In this document: positions 53,435-63,757 of the stretch, piece after piece | How positions within the stretch are numbered: position 1 is the stretch's first letter | Layout of the letters: every line of letters begins with the position of its first letter | From: Balamuthia mandrillaris | Lineage: Eukaryota | Assembly (NCBI GenBank): GCA_031835245.2 | Contig: JAVKOQ020000011.1 | Span: forward strand, 372,001-435,757 | Direction: 5' to 3' | DNA: 63,757 bases | Made by a program: the position numbers and the translations under genes | The notes under the pieces: model-generated | What the model was told of the DNA's origin: nothing | The model's database searches: none | The model's input: only the letters and a program-made list of their open reading frames with translations

Positions 53435-54779
53435 TTAGCCTGGCTTGCTATCATTGTCTTCCATCGGAACAAGGTTTGGTGGAAAGAAACAAATGGTTCT
53501 GGATGACATAATGTACCATGTGGTTTGATGTTTTATGTCGCCTGTCTGCACATCAATGGTAACGAAGCGCCAATGCGTTGTGAACCATGACCACTCACTG
53601 AAGATCGAAACCATCCACCAAAAATAGCATTAATATTTTGGAGCGAAGAATTACTCTGCAAAGAAGGTATGAATGCACTGACGCACCTTACAATGCTTGT
53701 GAACAGAAGCCCTCGTTCCTCGTCAAGCGCAATCAAGCCATCCTCTGCCCGTTTGTATCCTTCCCATTCTTGACCAAGAAGAGTGATTTCTCCAGAACAA
53801 ACGTCTACCCGCACAAAGTGCATGCGAAGCCGTTGCCTGAACATGCATTTGCCTTTTGTGTAGGACGCAAAGCCAAAGAGACAGTTCCATCGCCTGCTGT
53901 AGACGCAGGACTCCAAAGTGTTGAGCTTTACTGGAAGCCTGGCGAATTGGATGTGAACTTCGGTGACTAGCCCTCTGTCAGTGTCGACGGTAAGTAGAAG
54001 AGGCTCACGCCTCCGACGTTTTTGTTCCATGCTTCGGTGTCGGTGTCCTGACCACGGGTCACCATCGCCATCTTCCTCCTCGTCCTCCTCGTACTTGTTC
54101 TTGTTCATGCCTTTTTCCAAGAAGATGAAGAACCGGGAGGTAGTTTGATCGTAGGAGCCACAATAGTTGTCCTGGCCTGGAAGAACCGCCTTGATGTACT
54201 TGCCTTCAAAGGCGGTCACCAATCGCATTTTTCCAGTGGCGGTCTCCATTTGAAAGAGAGCCAACGGCGAGTAGCCCATGCTGGGCTTCACCGCAAAGCA
54301 CCACAAGTGTTTCGGATACCGTGAGTCGTAGCCCAACGTCCAAGGCAAAAACTCCAAAGTTTCTGAAGACACCTGTAACCGACCTGTCTCCAGATCAAAG
54401 TGGTAGAGATAGGGACCCCTGGTTGTGGCACCCACAAAGAAAAGCACACGCCCTTCTGAGTTCCAGGCGCGAGCTCCATTGACAGGTGGAAGATCTAAGT
54501 AACTGTCAACAGGAATTCCCTTGGAGAAAATATAAGAGAGAGACTGAGAGAAAGCACAATAGGCAAGCGCTGTCAGGTAACAGCACGTACTCTAGCAAAT
54601 AGACTGTGCAACTTTCCGGTTTGGGTGCTAAGTAGCCCCAGTGATATGCTACGATCCCCAACATGGGCAAGGCAGAGGAGCGTAGTGTGGTCTAGGCGCT
54701 TGTCGCTGGGTGAGGAACATGCGACCCCTTGAGAGCTGTTCCTGGGTTGGCTCGGGTTCAGCCATCGTTCCAGAAACAT
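53435..54779 (-). CDS. Hypothetical protein, probably beta-propeller-like; 3 exons inferred
   Basis: Open exons with repeated strand-turn motifs (LYHFDLETG, LFQMETATG, LLTVDTDRG, FVRVDVCSG, FVTIDVQTG) and GT-AG introns. Confidence 0.55.
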
Positions 54780-55158
54780 CTCGGTGTTATCGCACACGAT
54801 TTCTGACTTGCTAATATAGCAGAGGGGCAACGGCGGCAGCCCACAGGGGCTTTGTAAGTTTATGGTTGTTTGTTTGTTTGCTTCTTTGATCAAATACCTG
54901 GTTGCGATACCTTTACCTACCAGCACGTTTAATGGGAAAACCAAAAGTTGACAAAAACAAACATCCTTCTCGGTTTAGGAGAAAAGGGTGGATCGGAGGG
55001 ACATAAATTGAAGTCATACAGCCACAAAGCCAAGACACCCTAGATGAGATTTCCCTTATTTGACCAATTACTATAATGGAATGCCAACGAATGTTGGTCG
55101 GCTTGAAAGGCTAGTATTCATTTATTTTTATAAATATTTATTTGAAGCCAACCACCAC

Positions 55159-57328
55159 TCACGGCTCTGTCCGAGAAAGCCTTAATTTTTTGGCTTCTTT
55201 TATGTCTCCTTCATCGTAATCTTCATCTTGGTCTGCCATTGTGGGCAAAGTAGCAGGCAACGCAAGTTCTTGGAATGGACTGTTTTGAGCTTTGAGCTTC
55301 CCACGATAGTGCAGCACAACCGCAACAAAGATTATCAGCAGCACACCCAACACCGCTAACGTTATTAAGAGGGCGTCCACCCACAGAGAGCACGCCGCCA
55401 TGGAGGAGGAGGGCTCATCTTCACATGAGGATGAAGGAAGTAGAGCTGTGTCCAGCGTTTCCAATGACAGAGTGAAAGAAGAGTTGGATGCGCCTGTGTT
55501 GAATACTCCAACAGTGTATCTGATGCCGGCTTCTAGTTGGACCTATCAGTGGTTTTTACAAAAGTAAGTTGACTCTAATGCAAAAGAAAAAGACATTATC
55601 ATTACGCACAGAAAGGAAGTGACGAGTAGTGTTAGCTCTGCTGCTGGCAAAGAAGCTGCGCTCCGTAGGTGGCTTCCCTGCTTGAAGGTACAATCCCAGA
55701 ATTTTATGTTGTTGAACAGAGCTCCCATCGCGCATGCCGGTAAGAGTGATAAAGGTAATGCTGTCTGTCCCGATTTGTGTTGGTGCAATGTAGAAGAAGT
55801 AGTACTTCCACTCCAAGGCTTGGATGTTGGATTCGTAAACCTATAACACTGTATAATAAGAAAAGAAAAAAAAAAAGGGGGGGGAGGAGGGAGGGAGGGA
55901 GAGAGAGAGAAAGAGAGAAATTCGCACCTTTTCGTTTATCGAAAGTTGTTGCTGCGTGTGTTGGCACCTGGTACCGGTGTAGCCCTCTTGGCACTTGCAG
56001 CGACCGCCGCTGCAAGTGCCTCGCTTGTTGCAATCTTGGAGAAGGTCACAGTATAGTTTATCATCAAGGAAACAGGTCTGCTGATCCTCACCAGATTGTC
56101 TGCGTTCGTTGCTAAACCCGTCCCACCCATATAGACGACGACGAGCTTGCGCCTTAGGAGACGATGCCTCGTCTTGGCTCGAGGCTTGTGGCGCGGTCTG
56201 CGATCTGGCGGCACAAAATGGCTCATCCGCAAGGAATCGTCGCAACATGTCTAAAACGTTATTGCGTTGGTCCATTGGCGCAAAGTGACCAGCACCTGAG
56301 ATCACTAAAAAGGTAAGATTTCCGCTTGCTTTGACGTATCCGCCAACTATACTCTCCACTTTGCTGGCTTTCGTTCCGCTATCACTCTTGTTGACCAACC
56401 ATAAATTTCGTGGTGCTTGGAGGTAAGATTGCCGGCCTTCCCAGTTTACTGTCTCCAAGTATCTGGCAGTACCCAAGGGACCGTCTCGGTGGAAGAAAGA
56501 ACATGCAGGAGCGAGAGAGAACAAAGTGAGACAGGAAAAACAGGCCACAAATAATAAACACAGTTACGTACCTTTGAGATCGAATTGTCCACCATATAAC
56601 AGGACTCGCATATGGCGCAGTAAATTGGGTAGTAGGCCTACCACAGACTGCAATATATCGCCGGCAAGATTATCCTTGACCGTATTATTGCAATTCACAA
56701 AGGGCTGTGAATGATGGTTTTTTTAAAAACAAAAAAATATAACAATGGTTAACGAAAAACAATTTTCCAGGCGAAGGGCAGGAGACAAAGAAAAAATAAG
56801 GTAAAGCTTGCTTTAAACAAGTTACCTGCAGGTCAGCAATATGCAAGCTTTCGCGAAGCACAAGTTGGGAGAGATAAGCAGCCTTTAATGTCCTATTGTA
56901 AGGAGCCCCGAATTTTCTGATGTCATATTCGTTTATGTCGCCAGAGGACATCTTGATGAAAGTCAACATGTCATCGCAAGGATCAAGCCCGCTTTCATAC
57001 CGTTCTGCCATTATTTCTCTTTTGCAGAGATATGCTAGTTCTTCCAATTGTTCTCGTTGATTGTTGCTGCCCAAGAGAGCGTTTGCTGCTGCTTGCTCGG
57101 CGTATACAAATCGTTGAGTGATTGGATCAACCAAACCTGTATCACTTGCTGATGAGAGCCAATCCAGTGTAGAAAAGAAGCGAGAGACGAGAAAGACACA
57201 AAGAAACGAGAGTAGAGCGACAAACCATCTCCGATAGCAATGCCCTTTAGAGGAATGGAATTTTCGCCTGCTTGATTGTTGTGTTGGAGAATGTGGGTGG
57301 CAAGGGCGGGTATGTACTTGCCTAATGG

Positions 57329-57362
<34 letters not shown>

Positions 57363-58034
57363 AATGGCGTTACAGTAAAAGCAGTCAGCAAGAATGCACT
57401 AGACCAAAATTGATGGGGGAGGACGTGGATTTCATGAAAGAAAACTGTTACCCGCGTAGGATTCCCCTGTGACGTAGAAATCAAGGGCAGCATAGTCTCT
57501 ATGCCTCTCGCGGAAATGCAAAAGGGCGTTTAGCAGCTGTTGCGCGATTGCGTTTTCATCGTGCAAATAGCTGTCCTTGTGCCGAACGAAGGAGAAGCCA
57601 GTGCCTAACGGCTGGTCTATGTATAGCATGTTGGCATGGTTAGTCCAACTCTTGTTATTGAGGCTCAGCTGCATGTCTGGTTCTATCACGAAGAGGCCGT
57701 TTTCCATGAACGCTCCCGTCATGCTTGAACATCCTGGTCCTTCGAGTTGTTGCATTTAATTTTTTTAAAAAAAGTTTAAGAAAACGAAAAAAAAAAGAAC
57801 GATGACCAGTGAAATAGAGAGGGAACGAAGAATGGTACCTCCGTTCAGCCAAAGTACCAGTGGAGAAGAAAAGGGATCGCGAGGGGGAAGCACTTCCAAA
57901 AACCAGTAAAAGAGGGAAGAGTTCCATTTGTCATCCACGGGAAGGTAGCCAGCCCACTGACGGCCGTACAAGGAAGCGTCAATCTCGCCAAAGCCAGGCA
58001 AACTCGTTACTCGAGCTGAGGCTTGTCTGGTCAT
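55159..58034 (-). CDS. Serine carboxypeptidase (S10) + EGF-like domain + beta-sandwich + TM helix; true start may lie upstream (about 58.1-58.4 kb)
   Basis: WLNGG/PGCSSMTGAFMENG, YIDQPLGTGFS, GESYAG (Ser), GQFDLK/D (Asp), GAGHFAPMDQ (His). EGF CNKRGTCSGGRCKCQEGYTGTRC. TM ALLITLAVLGVLLIIFVAVVL. Confidence 0.92.
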
Positions 58035-58521
58035 GGTTAGTGGTGGTGATGGTCGGTTCCTCCTTCGCCTCTCCGTTCTTTCCCTCTTCTTATTTAAGGT
58101 TACCATCCGTTCCACAGGCATAAGGAGGGAGGCCTGCTTCTGCCTAAAGAAAAAAAAAAAGGAGGGCAATGCGGGCCACCTTTCTTTGTTGCTCCCATTG
58201 TGGGCTAGTTTGGTAGGTGGTGTCCACCAATCCTGCACGTTTGCTTCTCAGTTGGGGTGGGCCAGACCTCCTTGCATAACAGCTGATGTTGTTGCTTTCC
58301 CAGAAAAAGGGTTTGGTGTGAGATCTCACCACCAATTTTGTGTGTGCCTTCATCACCTGGCGGCCTTGTTTGCTTTGTTCGAAGAAAGGAACAAGGGAAA
58401 TTCAAGGCCAAAAAGGCAAACGTTCAACTAATAAATACCAACATGAAGTCAAAGGTTAGCTCATCACATTCCTTCCACAGAGATAGAAACCAAACCTTGC
58501 GGTGCACAGACAGCTTTACTG

Positions 58522-60527
58522 ATGCTCATTTCAAGCTATACATGCTTCGCAGTGGCTCTTGTGACGGTCGCTCTCTCTGGTCCACTAAGCTTGGTGCTTT
58601 TTCAAGCTGACCGTGGTGGAGTAGCTCCTGCAATGACTGGCCCACCGCCTATGTTAGGCACCAACCAGGCAAAGAGACCAAGTCTAGAAAACCACAACAT
58701 TCCCCTAACCTTGGCCTACTCTTACTTGCTGGCTGATCTGTTGGAGAGTGACGAACCACAAAGGGTGAAGGAGCTTCTGGACCCAGTTTTGCCAGAGCTG
58801 GTCACGATGGTGTGGATCAACAGAGAGAAGTTCTCCTACACTCGTCTTGTGTTGGAAGACTGGTGGAGCAAGCAACCCCTAGATGTGCGCAGTGTCTATG
58901 CTCTCGGTGGTTTGGAGCCTTCCTCGCTGGTTACATGGCTCAAGGAAAAGGAGCAAACAATGGGAAGTGACCGTTTTACCGTGGTTGAAGACAAGAGCTT
59001 GTTGCCTGCCTTCGCGTCCATCATCAAAGCTTTGGATGAGGTGCGGACTCCTTACTTTGTGCTCATCCACGCCGATACAACGCTAGAGCCTCTCACTGTT
59101 CACTACTTTCTGCGAAGAGCGCTGCTGAACCCTGAGGCCGCTATCATCAACCCCACCATCTGGGAGCTTCATCCAGACAACCCCATGCTCTACCTTCACG
59201 GGACCTACGAGTTTCTTAGCGCTACTAAGACGCCTGTGCACTCTGGCACGGTGCCCTTCTACATCCGCCTTCCACGAGAACATGGCGTCATCCCTGCTCC
59301 CAACGGCTCAACCTCCGTTCGGGACCTGACAAGAAAATACATCAACACTCAACCTCTTACCGCGATGGGTGTGGAGTTCCACTGTGCCCTTTTCGAGACT
59401 AAAGTAGCTCGCCACAGGTTCGGGATTATCGATCCTTATGCAACGGAGAATCCTTTGAACTCTGCTTTTGTTGCTGCAGAGCTGAATCGCAACATCATGG
59501 TCGAGCCACAAGCCATTGCTATTCACTTCTTTCCCAGGGATGGCTGTGCGTTTGAGCAAGAGGACATTTTCATGATGGCATGGGCTTGGGGTGCTGAAAT
59601 GGCATATGTCAACAAGTTCGTTCTTCTTCTTTCCTTCTCGTCTTCAATTGTCTTAATTATTTGCTTATTTTTCTTTGCAGTTGCTACCCAGAGTCAAAGT
59701 TTGGACACATAGCTGAGAGCCCCCGTATTCGTTTCTGGATGGATATGGTCGGAAATAGAATGAAGGGTGCACACTATGGTTGGAACTCTCCCGAGCCCAT
59801 CCACCCAGACCCAGAAGTGCAGGCTCAAATGGTCATCGGGATGCTGCTTATCATTGGACCCAATCGGTTCCAGTTGCAAGATACACCTGGTGAAGGGGCC
59901 TGGCTTGAGCCAAGAAAGTTTTACACGGAGGCTACCGCTGCAGCAGAACGAGGTGAGCCTGGTCAAATAGCATTCTTGCAGGAGAAAACACTTGCTATTC
60001 CCCGTTGGAATGGTCCGAAACTTGAGAAATGGCTGCAGAGAGTGGCTATTCATGAGAAACTGAACGACGACCAGCATCTAGGATTTGTGCTTCCAAAGGG
60101 AGTATGGCCGGTGGTGGAGGGCTATGATTGTGGCCATCAAGTCTATCGTGAACACTATTTCCTTCGACTAGTCTTTGCGGGTGAGGGTGCTGAACCCCAG
60201 GAGCTAGCTTGTGTTTCTTCCCTACCTTCCAGCATCACGGACCGTGCTTTTCTTATCCTTGGTTCTCCACAAAATACACAGTTCAAGCTGGAACTTTGGT
60301 TTGAGTTCCCTGCTAAAGAGGATCATCATTACTTTCAAGTCACTGTTACCCCTGAGGCTCATCTAGGAGGTAAAAATTGTGACTTTATTGTGGCAGATGA
60401 CAACCCAAAGACAATTTCTTTGCCAACAGCAGCCAATGGAGTGCATTTGTTACAGTGGAAACATAATATAAACTATACAAAATATTTTCAACAACTAGCT
60501 GTGCATAATATGTATCCTTTTAAATAA
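58522..60527 (+). CDS. GT-A fold / GT2-like glycosyltransferase with N-terminal signal-anchor and uncharacterised C-terminal domain; one intron near 59616-59680
   Basis: Hydrophobic N-terminus, VRTPYFVLIHADT (position of the DxD strand), AAIINP, VEFHCALF, IMVEPQA. Confidence 0.6.
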
Positions 60528-60918
60528 ATAAAGAGAATTTTTTATGTTTTAAACTAAAGTGAAGAACAATAAAAGTCTTTAACTTACATTAATCATCACT
60601 ACTATCACTTTCTTTTTTATTCTTCTAATTTTCTCTTTCATTAAGTATGCTTGGTTAGGAAGATCACAACAAAAGAAAAAGAGCAGGTCCAGCAAAGTAT
60701 CACAACAAAAAAAGCATTATTCAAACAACAAGACACTTATGTTATACTTTGGGCATCTTTTGTTGATTTGTGGAATTGTGTGAGAGAAGAAAAAAGAGGG
60801 AATCTTTTTCTTTATCTATTTGTTGCCAACACTTATCTCAAGACTCCTCATGTTGGATCCGTCCTGGACCCTCAGCTCTTCTTTCTTTTATATTCTCCCA
60901 TCCTTCTTTTAACTTAAG

Positions 60919-63757
60919 TGGGTTAGGGGTCTATGCTCAGGTTCTTTGGGGTCTACCAGGCTTCTAGAGGGTGGCCGAAGGCCACCTGCCAAAGGCGGCG
61001 AAGCCGCCTGAGGCAGAGAACCCGAGGAAGCAGCCGAAGGCCTCAAAAGTGCAATTTCCGGTGGAATCGTGAGACATGTGTTGCTTTTGCACTTTTTCTG
61101 TTGAAAATGTGGGTCTACCAGGCTTCTGGAGGGTGGCCGAAGGCCACCTGCTGAAGGCGGCGAAGCCGCCTGAGGCAGAGAACATGAGCAAGCGGCCGAA
61201 GGCTGCAAAAAAGTGCAATTTCTGGTGGAATCACGAGACAAATGTTGCTTTCCCGCTTTTTCTGTTGAAAATGTGGGTCTTCCAGGCTTCTAGAGGGTGG
61301 CTGAAGGCCACCTGCTGAAGGCTGCGAAGCCCCCTGAGGCAGAGAACATGAGGAAGCGGCAGAAGGCTGAGAAAGTGTGATTTACGGTGGAATAGATTTA
61401 TTTGCTTTTCTGGCGTTGCAAAAGAGGCCCAAGTATACCTGGTGAAAGGCAGCAAAGCCACTGCAGCCAGTAACATCTGGATGGAAGTTGACAAAAACAG
61501 ACCAAGTCTAAATGCAGCAACAGCAGCAGCAGTAGCACAATTGGTGAGATAGTTGACAAATTATGCAAAATGTAGCATTTTGAATAAAACACAACCAAGT
61601 GGACCTTTTACACACCTCACAACAGTTGGTGTAGTTCTCAACCAACCAACCAACCAACCAACCAACCAACCAACCAACCAACCAACCAATGGACCTACAG
61701 AAAGGTAAGCATCGGTGAGAGCTCAACCCACAGGAAAAAGAGAGAGAAAGGACGAGATGAAATGTTCATGTGACTTTCATGACGACATGAGAGCCATAAC
61801 GACCTCACGGGAGAAACACACAAGCGGGCTCGGAACCTGCTTACTTCTCACCTCATTCTCTTGTTTCTTTTTTTTGGATCACCAACTAACTAACCAACCA
61901 ACCAACCAGCTTATGCACTCTCAGAACTATCACTCTTGCTTCAGCTCTTTTGTTTGCCAATCATCGCGCACCAGAGGTGATGCAACAGCATCAAGCCTCT
62001 GCGCAAGCAGGCTCAAAGGAATGTTGTCCTTCATCCCAGCCAGACCTACTCCCTGGGTTTCATCTCTTTGCTGAAGCATCAGCAGCGAGCTTTTCTGCCC
62101 AAGGAAGCAAGTTCGCACAGCTGTTGCATCATGCACGCAGACCTACTCCCTGGGTTTCATCTCTTTGCTGAAGCGTCAGCAGCGAGCTTTTCCATCCAAG
62201 GAAGCAAGTCCACACAGCTGTTGCATCACGCACGAGACCTACTCCCTTTGGTTTCATCTCTTTGCTGAAGTGTCAGCATTGAGCTTTTCTGCCCAAGGAA
62301 GCAAGTCCGCACAGCTGTTGCATTACACACGCAGACCTACTCCCTTGGGTTTCATCTCTTTGCTGAAGCATCTAGGTTAGGGTTAGGGGTCTATGCTCAG
62401 GTTCTTTGGGGTCTACCAGGCTTCTAGAGGGTGGCCGAAGGCCACCTGCCGAAGGCGGCGAAGCCGCCTGAGGCAGAGAACCCGAGGAAGCGGCCGAAGG
62501 CCGCAAAAGTGCAATTTCCGGTGGAATCGTGAGACAAATGTTGCTTTTGCACTTTTTCTGTTGAAAATGTGGGTCTACCAGGCTTCTGGAGGGTGGCCGA
62601 AGGCCACCTGCCGAAGGCGGCGAAGCCGCCTGAGGCAGAGAACATGAGCAAGCGACCGAAGGCTGCAAAAGTGCAATTTCTGGTGGAATCACGAGACAAA
62701 TGTTGCTTTCCCGCTTTTTCTGTTGAAAATGTGGGTCTTCCAGGCTTCTAGAGGGTGGCTGAAGGCCACCTGCTGAAGGCAGCGAAGCCCCCTGAGGCAG
62801 AGAACCCGAGGAAGCGGCAGAAGGCTGAGAAAGTGTGATTTACGGTGGAATAGATTTATTTGCTTTTCTGGCGTTGCAAAAGAGGCCCAAGTATACCTGG
62901 TGAAAGGCAGCAAAGCCACTGCAGCCAGTAACATCTGGAAGTTGACAAAAACAGACCAAGTCTAAATGCAGCAACAGCAGCAGCAGTAGCACAATTGGTG
63001 AGATAGTTGACAAATTATGCAAAATGTAGCATTTTGAATAAAACACAACCAAGTGGACCTTTTACACACCTCACAACAGTTGGTGTAGTTCTCAACCAAC
63101 CAACCAACCAACCAACTAACCAACCAACCAACCAACCAACCAACCAACCAACCAACCAACATGGACCTACAGGAAGGTAAGCATCGGTAAGAGCTCAACC
63201 CACAGGAAAAAGAGAGAGAAAGGACGAGATGAAATGTTCATGTGACTTTCATGACGACATGAGAGCCATAACGACCTCACGGGAGAAACACACAAGCGGG
63301 CTCGGAACCTGCTTACTTCTCACCTCATTCTCTTGTTTCTTTTTTTCGGATCACCAACTAACTAACCAACCAACCAGCTTATGCACTCTCAGAACTATCA
63401 CTCTTGCTTCAGCTCTTTTGTTTGCCTATCATCGCGCACCAGAGGTGATGCAACAGCATCAAGCCTCTGCGCAAGCAGGTTCAAAGGAATGTTGTCCTTC
63501 ATCCCAGCCAGACCTACTCCCTGGGTTTCATCTCTTTGCTGAAGCATCAGCATCGAGCTTTTCTGCCCAAGGAAGCAAGTCCGCACAGCTGTTGCGTCAT
63601 GCATGCAGACCTACTCCCTTTGGTTTCATCTCTTTGCTGAAGCATCAGCAGCGAGCTTTTCTGCCCAAGGAAGCAAGTCCGCACAGCTGTTGTGTCACGC
63701 ACGCAGACCTACTCCCTGGGTTTCATCTCTTTGCTGAAGCATCAGCAGCGAGCTTTT
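60919..63757. repeat. ~1460-bp complex tandem repeat, about 2 copies visible and running off the right end; probably subtelomeric
   Basis: GGTTAGGGGTCTATGCTCAG occurs at 60921 and 62381 and the following sequence is near-identical. Each unit has ~3x 162-bp GC-rich sub-repeats, a spacer with (CAG)n and (CCAA)n, and ~3-4x 97-bp sub-repeats. Confidence 0.97.
62372..62388 (+). repeat. Short telomere-like (TTAGGG)2 tract at the repeat-unit junction
   Basis: CTAGGTTAGGGTTAGGG; a single GGGTTAGGG sits at the first junction (60920-60928). Confidence 0.7.

Noticed and set aside
60909..63604. Short ORFs in the terminal repeat; possible CRISPR array or hammerhead ribozymes
   Set aside because: The ORFs are repeat translations with frame-breaking indels. 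There are no unique spacers and the context is eukaryotic. I could not find a CTGANGA..GAAA hammerhead core.

Overview
Gene-dense, intron-rich eukaryotic DNA full of microsatellites. The gene content (a Pats1-like Roco, tandem SH2 proteins, a multi-FAS1 adhesin) suggests an amoebozoan protist; this is inference only. I can support 17 spliced protein-coding genes: a GRAM/myotubularin-LRR-Roc-COR-kinase running off the left edge, SH3-RhoGAP, IPPK, HROB-like, a GATA factor, TMEM185-like, a beta-propeller/helical-bundle/2xSH2 protein, an FHA-RING E3, MOB4/phocein, RapGAP, a CBS protein, a 7xFAS1 membrane adhesin, a low-complexity protein with a His-Me-finger-like C-terminus, BIG/Sec7 ArfGEF, an unknown beta-propeller-like protein, an S10 carboxypeptidase-EGF-TM and a GT2-like glycosyltransferase. 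From about 60.9 kb the window becomes a ~1460-bp tandem repeat with TTAGGG remnants at the unit junctions and sub-repeats built from GC-rich GAA-triloop hairpins, probably subtelomeric. The best leads are this repeat, the possibly domesticated homing-endonuclease domain, and two unusual signalling-domain architectures. Domain calls come from motif recognition by eye, not database searches, and exon boundaries were checked by hand only where stated.
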